A stretch of DNA of 64,000 nucleotides from Alkalispirochaeta sp. (GTDB taxonomy: Bacteria; Spirochaetota; Spirochaetia; DSM-27196; Alkalispirochaetaceae): assembly GCA_965242725.1 (NCBI GenBank), contig CBDESZ010000013.1, positions 1 through 64,000 on the forward strand, written 5' to 3'. Positions 41,401 through 50,540 of this stretch are shown piece after piece (the stretch's first letter is position 1; each line of letters starts with the position of its first letter). A program made the position numbers and the translations under genes. The notes beneath the pieces were generated by a model. That model was not told where the DNA came from. It searched no databases and saw nothing but the letters and a program-made list of their open reading frames with translations.

Positions 41401-41570
41401 ATATCCGTCGCCGAAACCCCGACATAGGTTGTGGTAATGAAGATGTAAGGCTGTCGGATCTCCGGCGACGACTCCCTGGGCAGCGTCACGTAAGCGATGA
41501 CGCCCAGGACGACGATCAGGGCGGAGAGGGAAAAGACAACCATGTGTTTCCTGATAAATAACTGAATCAT
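38466..41570 (-). CDS. RND efflux transporter permease (AcrB family)
   Basis: 1034 aa; GMLVDNGIVIVENI, RLRPVILT. Confidence 0.95.
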   Translation of the reverse strand: MIQLFIRKHMVVFSLSALIVVLGVIAYVTLPRESSPEIRQPYIFITTTYVGVSATDIETLVTIPLENELDGMDGLAELTSESRQNSSFIFAEFSSDVSVEEALRRTKDRVDIASSQLPDGADDPFVREFSVSDWPMFVVILSHDDGVEVIDAAAREMRDALKRLPGVLDVDIAGSVEREVSIDLDPFKMASYGVSIQDVTNTIGSEHITIPGGSLETPEKNFSVAVSGEIAEVSQFEGLVVHGAEGAAVPLSSISRIAFDEADEATRSRLNGAPAITLSVKKRLGANILDLADAAHHAVDELSPRFPAGTDVYVSYDESTYIRDMLLDLENNMATGFILVLLVTVFFLGFRNSIFVSMAIPLSMLLSFFILQLLGITLNTIVLFSLILALGMLVDNGIVIVENIFRHQGMGKSRFRAAVDGAGEVAGPIATSTLTTLLAFFPIIFMPGIMGDFMSYLPKTVIVVLSSSLFVALVINPAYCARFLSMNERQRRKMEGGNGVFPAIQRWYVRILETATRHGVKTVGIVSLVVVAGFVTYGLVAAEVLFFPYIDPERVRIDIEAPQGTPLDRTDGIVQSVEERLGPIPMSMKSYETVAGRGEGDTASNRGQIDITFAPYMEREVPGAEAARTLKRELRSVTGAVIDVQEYDSGPPTGNDISYEIHGPDYDVMGEITRDLRAILEPRAANFKGVNDDFEASLPEIAVLIDRQRAAYYGIDTALIARTVRTAITGSPVGTFRKEGEEYDIVLQYRRDARNSLGALRNIDIVAYDGRRIPLSAVASIEPRSSVSVIKRRNMDRAVGVWANFEEGVEGREEIVREIDAEVELLRASLPMGYSIGTGAGLDVRNESTTFLMQAFLVAVFLIFIVLVAQFNSIIDPFIIMYAVFLSLGGVMWGFAIGQQNFVIIMSGIGSIALAGVAVNNCIVLVDYTHKMIREGMEWRTAVVEAGKVRLRPVILTALTTVLALVPMAVGVSFDIRSLHVVVGSESSEFWKAFAWTMLYGLSFATITTLVVVPAMLSVKYRLLERKKGASAIH

Positions 41571-41599
41571 GAACGTTCCTTTTGCACCGGCTTATACAC

Positions 41600-42670
41600 T
41601 CAGTAGACGACCCGTACGGCGGCTCCGTCGGCAAGACGGTTAAATCCTTCAACGACGATCCTATCGCCCTGGTCCAGTCCTTCCGAAACGAGGGTATTTC
41701 CTCCATACGAGGCTCCGACGGCGACGGGTATCTCCCTGACCTGATCTCCTCTGACGACCATCGCATAATGGCCGTTATTGCGGGTGTAGAGCGCCGCGGT
41801 GGGTACGACAACGACGTTTTCATGGTGACGCAGTGCCAGTCGTACCCGGGCGGTCTGGCCGGACAGGATCGTTCCGTCGGGATTGGCCACTTCCAGTTCC
41901 ACGTTGTAGGTCAACGTGCGGTCTGTCCGTGCCCGGGCGAAACTGACCGGACGGGCGGCAAAGGACTTGCCCGGATACGCCGGAAAGACAACTTCCGCTT
42001 CCTCAAGGGAGCGGACTCCCGCGATATCCGCCTCGGGAACACCTACATCGATGCGAAGGGTACGCAGGTCCGCGATATCGAAGGTCGGATCTCCCGGTTC
42101 AACGACATCAAAGGGGTCTATGTAGCGGCGGACCACAACTCCGGCAAAGGGAGCTTCCGCAAAAGCCGATTCCTTCATGCGTTCCGCATCAAGGAGGGCG
42201 GACTGCGCATCGAGCCATGCCAGATGCGCCTGGTCGACCCGCAGCTGAAAGCTGTTGCCTTCGGTCAGGAACTGCTGTTCCCGTTCATACGCTTCTCGTG
42301 CGAGACGCTCGTTCAATCGCGCCGTCTCAAGGCGGGTGCGGGCTCGTTGCGGATCGATTTCCGCCAGTGACTGACCGCTGGTTACCTCCGCGCCTTCCCT
42401 GACCGATACCTTTTGTACCCGTCCTCCCGCGCCGGCGGTCAATCGAGCCTCCCCGATGCCTCTTGTTTCACCAACGTACTCTCCGTATTCAGTGAAGGCG
42501 CTTCGTTCCAGTGTGATAACCCTGACGGGAGCGCTTCCGTCGTCGGTCTCTATATTCATTGCAGCCGGATCGAGTCCCTGAGCTTCCGCGGGAGCACTGC
42601 AGCCTGACAGCGCAAGCAACGCGGAAAAGGCGACACATCCGACGAGGATATACTTCATTTGTTCCTTCAT
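41600..42670 (-). CDS. RND periplasmic adaptor (membrane fusion protein), lipoprotein
   Basis: LSGC lipobox, APFAGVV, GLDQGDRIVVEG. Confidence 0.92.
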   Translation of the reverse strand: MKEQMKYILVGCVAFSALLALSGCSAPAEAQGLDPAAMNIETDDGSAPVRVITLERSAFTEYGEYVGETRGIGEARLTAGAGGRVQKVSVREGAEVTSGQSLAEIDPQRARTRLETARLNERLAREAYEREQQFLTEGNSFQLRVDQAHLAWLDAQSALLDAERMKESAFAEAPFAGVVVRRYIDPFDVVEPGDPTFDIADLRTLRIDVGVPEADIAGVRSLEEAEVVFPAYPGKSFAARPVSFARARTDRTLTYNVELEVANPDGTILSGQTARVRLALRHHENVVVVPTAALYTRNNGHYAMVVRGDQVREIPVAVGASYGGNTLVSEGLDQGDRIVVEGFNRLADGAAVRVVY

Positions 42671-42774
42671 ATGACGTCCTCTCGTAGCAATTAAAACACC
42701 GAGGTCTTAAAATTCTGTTACCATGAAAGAGGAATTCGCGGAATTATTACTCATGGCCACCCCGGGAGGAACCT

Positions 42775-43497
42775 ATGAACAAGAAGGGAGAACATCGTTT
42801 TACCGGAAGCCTTGCCGAGGAATACGAGCTCATTACCCTTGCCTATCCCGAATTTGAGTCGTTTCAGCAGACGATGGTCCGGCGCATCGCCGAGGCGACC
42901 CATGAAATGGACGGGCCCGTCAAAATACTTGAAATCGGAACGGGAAACGGTTTCACCACCCGCATGCTCATTGATCTCTGCGAGCGGGGAAACCCGGGGA
43001 CAATCACGACAATCGACAACGATCCCGAAATGGTCCGGCAGGCGAGGGAACATATTTCCACACCCCTCTGCACCATTCTGGAAGCGGACGCCCTCGCCTT
43101 TCTGCAGGATCAGACCGACGATTCATGGGATGTGGTGACCTCAGCTTTTACAATTCACAACCTGGAACGGGACTATCGGGACGAGGTGGAGCGGCACATT
43201 TACCGCGTCCTGCGCTCGGGCGGAATGTTCGCCAACGCCGACAAGTACGCGCCGGACGGACAGGAACGGTTTGAGGCGCTGGCGTTTCAGGTTGAGCGCT
43301 TTTTTGACGCATTTGTCCCCACTGGACGGACGGAACTCCTCCGAAAATGGGTGGTCCACAACATTGACGACCAGTCGCCACGGTACGTCATGTTCGCCTC
43401 GGAGGCGACGCCCCGTTTGCGACAGCTTGGATTCCGGCATGTGACCCTCGAGGCACGGGCCCATATGCAGGCTGTCCTGTGCGCCCGTAAATCATAG
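42775..43497 (+). CDS. Class I SAM-dependent methyltransferase
   Basis: ILEIGTGNG, IYRVLRSGG. Confidence 0.85.
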   Translation: MNKKGEHRFTGSLAEEYELITLAYPEFESFQQTMVRRIAEATHEMDGPVKILEIGTGNGFTTRMLIDLCERGNPGTITTIDNDPEMVRQAREHISTPLCTILEADALAFLQDQTDDSWDVVTSAFTIHNLERDYRDEVERHIYRVLRSGGMFANADKYAPDGQERFEALAFQVERFFDAFVPTGRTELLRKWVVHNIDDQSPRYVMFASEATPRLRQLGFRHVTLEARAHMQAVLCARKS

Positions 43498-43577
43498 GGA
43501 TCCTGCCGGTCAGGTTGACGTCGGTTGTACGGAGGCATATACTTCGTTTCGGTATCGTAATTCGAAAGGAAACGTAA

Positions 43578-44447
43578 ATGCAATCGCCCCTTATTGTCCT
43601 GGATTCCGATGGATGTGTGCTGGATTCCATGGAATACAAACAGCTTTCAATCTTTGCACCCCACTTTGTCACGTACTTTCAATTGTCCGACGTTGCGGAG
43701 GAGGCGATGGAGGTGTGGACGTACGTGAGCCTCTATTCGCGAAATCGCGGGGCAAACAGATTCGTCCTTCTCATGAATGCGATAGACCTGCTCCGGGACT
43801 ATCCGTCTGCCCGTATACGCGAACGGAAGCTGCCGTTGCTGCGGAAATTGCGGGACGCCGGCGGCGATTCCGGATCCGTAACGACCGCGACCCTTCCGGA
43901 GCTCCTTGCCGACACGAAGAAAGGGACGAAGGAGTACGAGGAACTGGAAAGGGTACTCCAATGGTCCAATGAAATTGACGCAAGGGTGCACACGACCATG
44001 ACCGCGGTGCACCCCTTTCAGAACGCATCGGAGGCGCTCCACCTGATTGCCGAGATCGCTTCCGTAGCTGTCGTCAGCCAGACGCCGCGGGAAACGCTGG
44101 AACGGGAGTGGACAAATGCCGGGCTCCGTGACGCTGCGGACGAGCTGTACGGCCAGTATCCCGGCGGCAAGGGACGCATACTCAAAACACTTGCCGGAGA
44201 TGGTCGGAGTCCCCGCCGGCGGGTTCTCATGGTGGGTGACGCCCCGGGGGATCTGAACGCCACGGAAGGCACTGATGCCGCATTCTATCCGATCATTCCC
44301 GGACGGGAAGAGGAAAGCTGGCGGCGATTCACGAAGGAGTTTCTACACCTTTTTCTCGACGGAGGCTATACTGCACCGACGCAGCAGGCCCTCCTGGAAG
44401 AGTTTTACGCTGCATTACCGGAGGTTCCACCATGGAAGAAGTATTGA
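43578..44447 (+). CDS. HAD family hydrolase
   Basis: LDSDGC motif I, VVSQT, LMVGDAPGD motif IV. Confidence 0.85.
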   Translation: MQSPLIVLDSDGCVLDSMEYKQLSIFAPHFVTYFQLSDVAEEAMEVWTYVSLYSRNRGANRFVLLMNAIDLLRDYPSARIRERKLPLLRKLRDAGGDSGSVTTATLPELLADTKKGTKEYEELERVLQWSNEIDARVHTTMTAVHPFQNASEALHLIAEIASVAVVSQTPRETLEREWTNAGLRDAADELYGQYPGGKGRILKTLAGDGRSPRRRVLMVGDAPGDLNATEGTDAAFYPIIPGREEESWRRFTKEFLHLFLDGGYTAPTQQALLEEFYAALPEVPPWKKY

Positions 44448-45715
44448 AATGGGGCGGCGAGGATGCCGTGCTTTCACACAACGATATACGGTCGGCGGTC
44501 GCGGAAATCATAGCCCATTACGGCGGAGGCAGGAGGATTCTGGCGGTACCGCCGGATTTCACGCGATATCACTCCTACGCCGGGCAGATCACCTCCATGG
44601 TCCATGAGATGAAGGGCGAAGCGTTGACCGATGTGCTGCCCGCACTCGGTACGCACCGTCCGTTGACGCAACGGGAGCAGGAAACAATGTTTCCCGGCGT
44701 TCCCGCCGGCCTCTTTCGACCCCACGACTGGCGCAACGATCTCGTGACGATGGGAGAAGTTTCTGCGGAGTTCATACACGAACAGAGTGAAGGAAAACTG
44801 AACTGGCCGTGGCCGGCGCAGCTCAATCGCCTCGTCGCGGAGGGCGGTCACGATCTCATTCTTTCCATCGGTCAGGTACTGCCCCACGAAGTCATCGGCA
44901 TGGCAAACCACGCCAAGAATCTCTTTGTCGGAACCGGTGGAGTAGACGGCATCAACAGAAGTCATTTCCTCGGCGCCGTCTACGGCATGGAACGGATCAT
45001 GGGGCGGGCGGACAATCCCGTCCGCGCCGTCCTGAACTACGCCGCCGTCAACTATCTTTCCCATCTGCCGGTGGTCTACATATTGACAGTCGTCGGTCGC
45101 GATCCGGACCGGCCCAACCGCTATGTCGTCCGCGGCCTCTTTGCCGGGCGGGGCCTCGACTGTTTCTACCGGGCGTCTGAACTTGCCCTGAAGGTCAATT
45201 TCACCATGCTTGACGAGGCACCGGAGCACATCGTCGCGTGGCTCGATCCCGAAGAGTTTCACAGCACCTGGCTTGGGAACAAGGGAGTCTATCGCAGCCG
45301 CATGGCACTTGCCGACAACGGCACGCTCACCATCCTTGCCCCTGAAGTCGCCAGCTTCGGAGAGGATAAGGAGATCGATCGGCTCATACGCAAATATGGA
45401 TACCGGGGAACCGAGGAAACCCTTGCGGCGGTGGAATCGGCGGATGAGCTCAAGTCGAATCTCAGTGCGGCGGCCCACCTCATCCACGGCTCCAGCGAAG
45501 GGCGGTTCCGCATTCGCTACGCTCCGGGAAAACTGACGAGGGAAGAAGTGGAAGGGGTCGGATATGAGTATGCCGATCCGGAGGAAACCATGAAACGGTA
45601 CGATCCGGAACGCCTCGTCGACGGCTGGAACATCCTGCCCGACGGGGAGCGGATTTTCTTTATTTCCGCCCCCGCCCTCGGGCTCTGGGCGCATGCGGAC
45701 CGGTTTCGCGATTGA
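44432..45715 (+). CDS. LarA-family (lactate racemase domain) nickel-pincer enzyme, possibly a sugar-acid 2-epimerase
   Basis: PPDFTR, ALGTH, PHEVIGMANHAK motifs. Confidence 0.8.
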   Translation: MEEVLKWGGEDAVLSHNDIRSAVAEIIAHYGGGRRILAVPPDFTRYHSYAGQITSMVHEMKGEALTDVLPALGTHRPLTQREQETMFPGVPAGLFRPHDWRNDLVTMGEVSAEFIHEQSEGKLNWPWPAQLNRLVAEGGHDLILSIGQVLPHEVIGMANHAKNLFVGTGGVDGINRSHFLGAVYGMERIMGRADNPVRAVLNYAAVNYLSHLPVVYILTVVGRDPDRPNRYVVRGLFAGRGLDCFYRASELALKVNFTMLDEAPEHIVAWLDPEEFHSTWLGNKGVYRSRMALADNGTLTILAPEVASFGEDKEIDRLIRKYGYRGTEETLAAVESADELKSNLSAAAHLIHGSSEGRFRIRYAPGKLTREEVEGVGYEYADPEETMKRYDPERLVDGWNILPDGERIFFISAPALGLWAHADRFRD

Positions 45716-45772
45716 AATGAACACCCTTCCCGCGCCACAGGACGGGAAGAGATAAACACACAGGAGATTACG

Positions 45773-47260
45773 ATGGCAGAGAAAAAGGCAGATATCGGTC
45801 TGGTAGGACTTGCGGTGATGGGGCAGAACCTCGTCCTCAATATGAACGACAACGGCTACACCGTGGCGGTCTACAACCGCACCGCCGCAAAGACTGAAGA
45901 CTTTGTCGCCGGTGCGGCGGCCGGACGGGATACGATCATTCCAACCTATACGATGGAAGAGCTCACGGCGTCGCTCAAGCGCCCGCGACGGGTCATGCTG
46001 ATGGTCAAGGCCGGGGAGGTTGTGGACAAGTTCATCGAGGCGCTGCTGCCCCACCTTGAAGAAGGGGACATCATCATCGACGGCGGCAACTCACACTATC
46101 CCGACTCGATCCGCCGCACCCGGGAGCTCAAGAAGAAGGGCATCCTTTTTGTAGGAACCGGTGTTTCCGGCGGTGAAGAGGGAGCGCGTCGCGGACCGAG
46201 CATCATGCCCGGAGGCAATCCGGACGCGTGGCCCCATCTGAAGGAAATCTTTCAGGCCGTTGCGGCCAAGACGCCCGAGGGAGAGGCGTGCGCCGACTGG
46301 GTAGGCGCAGACGGCGCCGGCCACTATGTAAAGATGGTCCATAACGGCATCGAATACGGTGATATGCAGCTCATCAGCGAGGCGTACCACGTCATGAAGG
46401 ATGGGCTGGGCATGACCAATGAAGAGATGCACGAGACCTTTGCCCAATGGAACAAGACGGAGCTGGACAGTTACCTCATCGAAATCACAACGGACATCCT
46501 CAAGACGAAGGATGAAGAGGGTAATTACGTCGTTGATTCCGTTCTCGACGCGGCGGGCCAGAAAGGAACGGGCAAATGGACGGGAATCAACGCCCTGGAC
46601 GCGGGCATACCTGTCACCCTCATCGTGGAAGCGGTCTTTGCGCGCTCCCTCTCGGCGCTCAAGGATGAGAGGGTCGCCGCCGCAGCGGAACTGAAGGGAC
46701 CTGCAGGCGTGTCCAACGCACGGGGCGGTGGTATCGCACCCATCACCCAGGATCGCGCCGCCTTCCTGGAAGCCCTTAGAAAGGCGCTCCTCGCCTCAAA
46801 GATCGTCTCCTACGCCCAGGGATTCATGCTTATCCGTGAAGCAAGCGATGCCCACGGATGGGATATCAACTACGGTAACGTGGCTCTCCTGTGGCGGGAA
46901 GGGTGTATCATTCGCAGCGTCTTTCTCGGAAGAATCAAGGACGCTTTTGAAAAGAACCCGAAACTGGCAAACCTCCTGCTGGACGGATGGTTTAAAGGGG
47001 TCATCGAGGATGCCCAGAGTTCCTGGCGTACCGTCATCGCTGCGGCCGTTATGGCGGGAATCCCGGTACCCGCCTTTTCCACGGCCCTCGCCTTCTATGA
47101 CGGCTATCGCAGCGAGCGACTTCCCGCCAACCTCCTGCAGGCGCAGCGGGACTACTTCGGCGCCCACACTTTTGAGCGCGTCGACGGACCGCGGGGAGAG
47201 TTTCACCACTTCAACTGGACCGGAACAGGTATCGCCACGAGCGGATCGTACAACGCATAG
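45773..47260 (+). CDS. gnd: 6-phosphogluconate dehydrogenase, decarboxylating (NADP)
   Basis: GLAVMGQN, GVSGGEEGA, VKMVHNGIEYGDMQ, QAQRDYFGAH. Confidence 0.97.
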   Translation: MAEKKADIGLVGLAVMGQNLVLNMNDNGYTVAVYNRTAAKTEDFVAGAAAGRDTIIPTYTMEELTASLKRPRRVMLMVKAGEVVDKFIEALLPHLEEGDIIIDGGNSHYPDSIRRTRELKKKGILFVGTGVSGGEEGARRGPSIMPGGNPDAWPHLKEIFQAVAAKTPEGEACADWVGADGAGHYVKMVHNGIEYGDMQLISEAYHVMKDGLGMTNEEMHETFAQWNKTELDSYLIEITTDILKTKDEEGNYVVDSVLDAAGQKGTGKWTGINALDAGIPVTLIVEAVFARSLSALKDERVAAAAELKGPAGVSNARGGGIAPITQDRAAFLEALRKALLASKIVSYAQGFMLIREASDAHGWDINYGNVALLWREGCIIRSVFLGRIKDAFEKNPKLANLLLDGWFKGVIEDAQSSWRTVIAAAVMAGIPVPAFSTALAFYDGYRSERLPANLLQAQRDYFGAHTFERVDGPRGEFHHFNWTGTGIATSGSYNA

Positions 47261-47295
47261 CGCGATTCCCCTGCGGGAGAACGCAGAGGAAAGAC

Positions 47296-47337
47296 AAAAA
47301 AAGGGGGCTGCCTCACAATGAGGCAGCCCCTCTTTTT
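47296..47337. terminator. Bidirectional rho-independent terminator
   Basis: A run, GGGGCTGCCTCA-CAA-TGAGGCAGCCCC, then a T run; between convergent gnd and the permease. Confidence 0.9.
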
Positions 47338-47376
47338 ACCTATTGTTTCGTCGTTGGACCAAACATCCTCGGCCGA

Positions 47377-48993
47377 TCAGAAGACGACCTGGGTCAACAG
47401 CAGTATTACACCGATGACCACGGCAACGCTCAGGGTGATGGGAAGTATCATCCGTAGAATAACTCCCTCTTTTCCGAGAATCCCGCCCGTCGTCGTACCG
47501 AGAATGATATTCCCGGGACAGACGGTGTTTCCGATAGCACCGCCCGCGGTCTGGGCACCGAGAATGGCGTTCTGGGAGAGTCCAAGGAGCCCCGCCGTCG
47601 TTTGCTGGAACTGCCCGAACAGCACGTTGGACGCAAGGTTACTGCTGGTGATGAAGGAGCCGAGGATTCCGACCATCGGCGCAAGGCCGACATAGAATAT
47701 GCCCGCGACTTTGGCTGTCCCTTCTGCGAGCACCTGGACCTGACCGGTGGCGCTCATGAGCCGGGACATGACGATGAGCAGGACGATCCCGATTGTCGCC
47801 GGGAGTGTCTTCTGAGCGGTTCTGCGGAATACCCTCCCCAGTCCGCCGACTTCCACGGCACCGTGACGCTGAAAGAACGCGTACCCTGCCATCGCCGCGA
47901 TAAAGAGGAAGATCCCGGGATGAATGAACGGCCGTATCGGTGAATACTTGGCCGCAGCTTCATTCACAAAGCCGTAGGCCGTTGCAGTTTCGGGAAACCG
48001 GAAACCGACGCTGACCTGGCTGAAAAAACCCTTGACCGGCGGGAAGAGAAGGACCCCAAGGGTAACGACGATAAGGATGTAGTAGGGGGCAAATGCCTGG
48101 TGAACGGAAAGCGACTTGATTCCCTCCCGTGGAGCTTCATGGTGGTCGACAAATTCACGATCCATCACCGGGCTCTCTTCAATGCTCCAGGGCTCGTGAA
48201 AGCGCTTCAGCTTTCCGAGGGAAAAGATGACCGCCAGAGCGATACTCGCGGGAACAAAGGCGGCGAGAGTCTCGTTGAACTGCGTTAGAAGTACCTGTCC
48301 GCCACCCTGTATGAGACTGATGATGACCACCGCGGGCCATACTTTTTTTACCGCCCGCATTCTGCCGTACCAGAAAGCAATTGTGAATCCCGAAGTCACA
48401 TTGAACACCCAGATGAATACGGCTGCCCAGAATGCCGTCATGCCGACGGCGTCTCCGGAAAGTCCCGTCGTCGTGACGAGCGCTTCCCACGCAACGGAGA
48501 GCGTACCGAATGTATTTGCCCATGCGTGACCGAGAAGAGCGATCGTTACCGCCCAGAGCGGACGCACACCGATTCCGATCAAGAGCGGCGCGCCGACTGC
48601 AACGGGTACACCAAAGCCGGTGACTCCCTGCAGAAAACTGACAAAGACCCAGCCGAATGTCAGAACCTGCAACAGTTCGTTCGGTGAGATCCGCTGCAGT
48701 CCCCGTCGAAAGACGTTGAATGCTTCCGCCTCATGGGTGACTTCGTAAATGAGAATCGCCGGCCAGATGGTTATGAGCACGGTCAGGGATCCCCAAACGC
48801 CTTTCAGGGTCTCAAAAAACAGAAGCTGTCCATTTGCCTTGTAGAGGACCAGGGCGACTACCGCGGCAAGGACCAGTCCCATAGGCGCAGCCTTCGCGGC
48901 GCCCCACTGGAGCTTCACCATTAAAAAAAGCAGTGCGACGATCGGCAACGATGCCGCAATCCACATCACTATTGAAACCGGTATTGATTCCAT
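47377..48993 (-). CDS. L-lactate permease (LctP) family transporter
   Basis: FLQGVTGFGVPVAV, GSFITSSNLASNVLFG, AQTAGGAIGN. Confidence 0.88.
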   Translation of the reverse strand: MESIPVSIVMWIAASLPIVALLFLMVKLQWGAAKAAPMGLVLAAVVALVLYKANGQLLFFETLKGVWGSLTVLITIWPAILIYEVTHEAEAFNVFRRGLQRISPNELLQVLTFGWVFVSFLQGVTGFGVPVAVGAPLLIGIGVRPLWAVTIALLGHAWANTFGTLSVAWEALVTTTGLSGDAVGMTAFWAAVFIWVFNVTSGFTIAFWYGRMRAVKKVWPAVVIISLIQGGGQVLLTQFNETLAAFVPASIALAVIFSLGKLKRFHEPWSIEESPVMDREFVDHHEAPREGIKSLSVHQAFAPYYILIVVTLGVLLFPPVKGFFSQVSVGFRFPETATAYGFVNEAAAKYSPIRPFIHPGIFLFIAAMAGYAFFQRHGAVEVGGLGRVFRRTAQKTLPATIGIVLLIVMSRLMSATGQVQVLAEGTAKVAGIFYVGLAPMVGILGSFITSSNLASNVLFGQFQQTTAGLLGLSQNAILGAQTAGGAIGNTVCPGNIILGTTTGGILGKEGVILRMILPITLSVAVVIGVILLLTQVVF

Positions 48994-49033
48994 CTATGAA
49001 TACCTCTCCTTCATTAAATGCTGTTTCACGCCG

Positions 49034-50524
49034 TCAGCCGAAAAAGCGCCCGTGAAAACTCTCGCGATCCATGTTTTCCAGATACATTTTCCGGTAACGG
49101 CTGATTTCTTCGTTCCCCGGGGCCGGGGCGCCGGGCCCGCCGAGACCGAGCTCCCGGACTATTTCCTTCCCCTCCAAAAGGAGTTCCTTTTCATCCACCG
49201 TGACCGCGACCCCATCTCTGACGACCATTTTGCCGTCTACCATGACGTCCCGGACTGCCGACTCGTTGCTGTAGTAGAGCAGTTGCCTCACCTGGTTTTG
49301 TCCCGGCTGCCAGGTAATATTATCGGGGGAGAGAAGGACGATATCGGCCTTGCAGCCCTCTTCGAGAGATCCGAGACCGCCGCCCTGTCGGGAATTGCGG
49401 TCCACGACGCGGGCACCTCCGTGAAATACCATACGAAGGGCAGATGCCGCGTCTATCCACTTTTCGTAATCGACCTCCAGAACGCGATGTACCAGGGCGG
49501 TGAAACGCGCAACCTCAAGCATATCCAGGGATCCAAGATTTCCGCCGTCGGTTCCCAGAGCCACCGAAATACCGCGGTCCCGGTAGGTACCCAGAGGCGC
49601 GACGCCGCTGCCGAGATGGAGGTTGCTTCTGAGGCAGTGCACGATCGTTGCATTCCGCCGGGCAATGAGATCGATTTCGCGGTCGTTGAGCCAGACGCTG
49701 TGAACAAAGGACATCCTCTCGTTTATTGCGTCCAGATCGTCGACGAGGTGCTCAATGACGCCTTTGCCGTAAACCCGTTCCGCGAAGACCCGTTGTGTCT
49801 TTGCCTCAAGGAGATGGGTCTGCCACCCGCAGCGGGTTTCCTCTTCAAGCTCGACGGAACGGCGGAGCAGATCATCGGAACAGCGCTGTGGTGCATCGGT
49901 ACCGAGGGAGACGTGGAGACGACTGTGTTTGCCGTTCCAGCGGTGGACGAGCGCCCTGACAACCTCTATGTACTCCTGCGGACTCTGCGCCGACGGGCGG
50001 GGAGCCGCGGTCGTGCGCCGTTCATCAGGCCCGAAGGGAACCGTTTCATCAAATGGCTTGTCGGCAAACATCGGTGCCACAACCGCACGGATCCCGGCGT
50101 CGTCATACGCCCGAAGTCCCGCCTCAACGCCTTCCACTGTCTGTACCGGCCGCTGGGCGTAATGATCGACGAATGAGGTGACTCCCCGTTTCAGCATCTG
50201 GAGGGCGTCAAGCTGCGCGCTTATATACATCGCCCTGTCGTGTCGCGCGGTGCCCCCTGCGATGGCGTAGAGCATATAAATATCGAGGGGTACCGCGTCG
50301 ATGCTGCCCTTGAGCAGCCCCGCATAGGAGTGCCCGTGGGCGTTGATCATCCCCGGAATTGCCCACATCCCGGCAGCGTCGATCGTCTGGTCGACGTCGC
50401 CGGAATTCAGCTCACCCGGAGCACCTATCGTACCGATCCGGTCGTTTTCAACAATGACATCCCGGGGGACAAATGCGTCACATTCCCTGTTCAGAAGGGA
50501 TGCTCCGGTTATCAGTGTCTTCAT
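49034..50524 (-). CDS. Amidohydrolase superfamily deaminase (AtzA/SsnA/MtaD-like)
   Basis: PGMINAHGH, QTHLLE, FVHSVWL, ALGTDG; start MKTLITG with a CAGGAG RBS. Confidence 0.88.
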   Translation of the reverse strand: MKTLITGASLLNRECDAFVPRDVIVENDRIGTIGAPGELNSGDVDQTIDAAGMWAIPGMINAHGHSYAGLLKGSIDAVPLDIYMLYAIAGGTARHDRAMYISAQLDALQMLKRGVTSFVDHYAQRPVQTVEGVEAGLRAYDDAGIRAVVAPMFADKPFDETVPFGPDERRTTAAPRPSAQSPQEYIEVVRALVHRWNGKHSRLHVSLGTDAPQRCSDDLLRRSVELEEETRCGWQTHLLEAKTQRVFAERVYGKGVIEHLVDDLDAINERMSFVHSVWLNDREIDLIARRNATIVHCLRSNLHLGSGVAPLGTYRDRGISVALGTDGGNLGSLDMLEVARFTALVHRVLEVDYEKWIDAASALRMVFHGGARVVDRNSRQGGGLGSLEEGCKADIVLLSPDNITWQPGQNQVRQLLYYSNESAVRDVMVDGKMVVRDGVAVTVDEKELLLEGKEIVRELGLGGPGAPAPGNEEISRYRKMYLENMDRESFHGRFFG

Positions 50525-50540
50525 GGCCGACTCCTGCTTT

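Noticed and set aside
44474..46054. 526-aa minus-strand ORF
   Set aside because: Antisense to the LarA-family gene and gnd; an artefact of high-GC codon bias.
49052..50176. 374-aa plus-strand ORF (likewise 15193..16314, 16906..17868, 26562..27611, 59202..59987)
   Set aside because: All lie opposite well-supported genes and have no motifs of their own.
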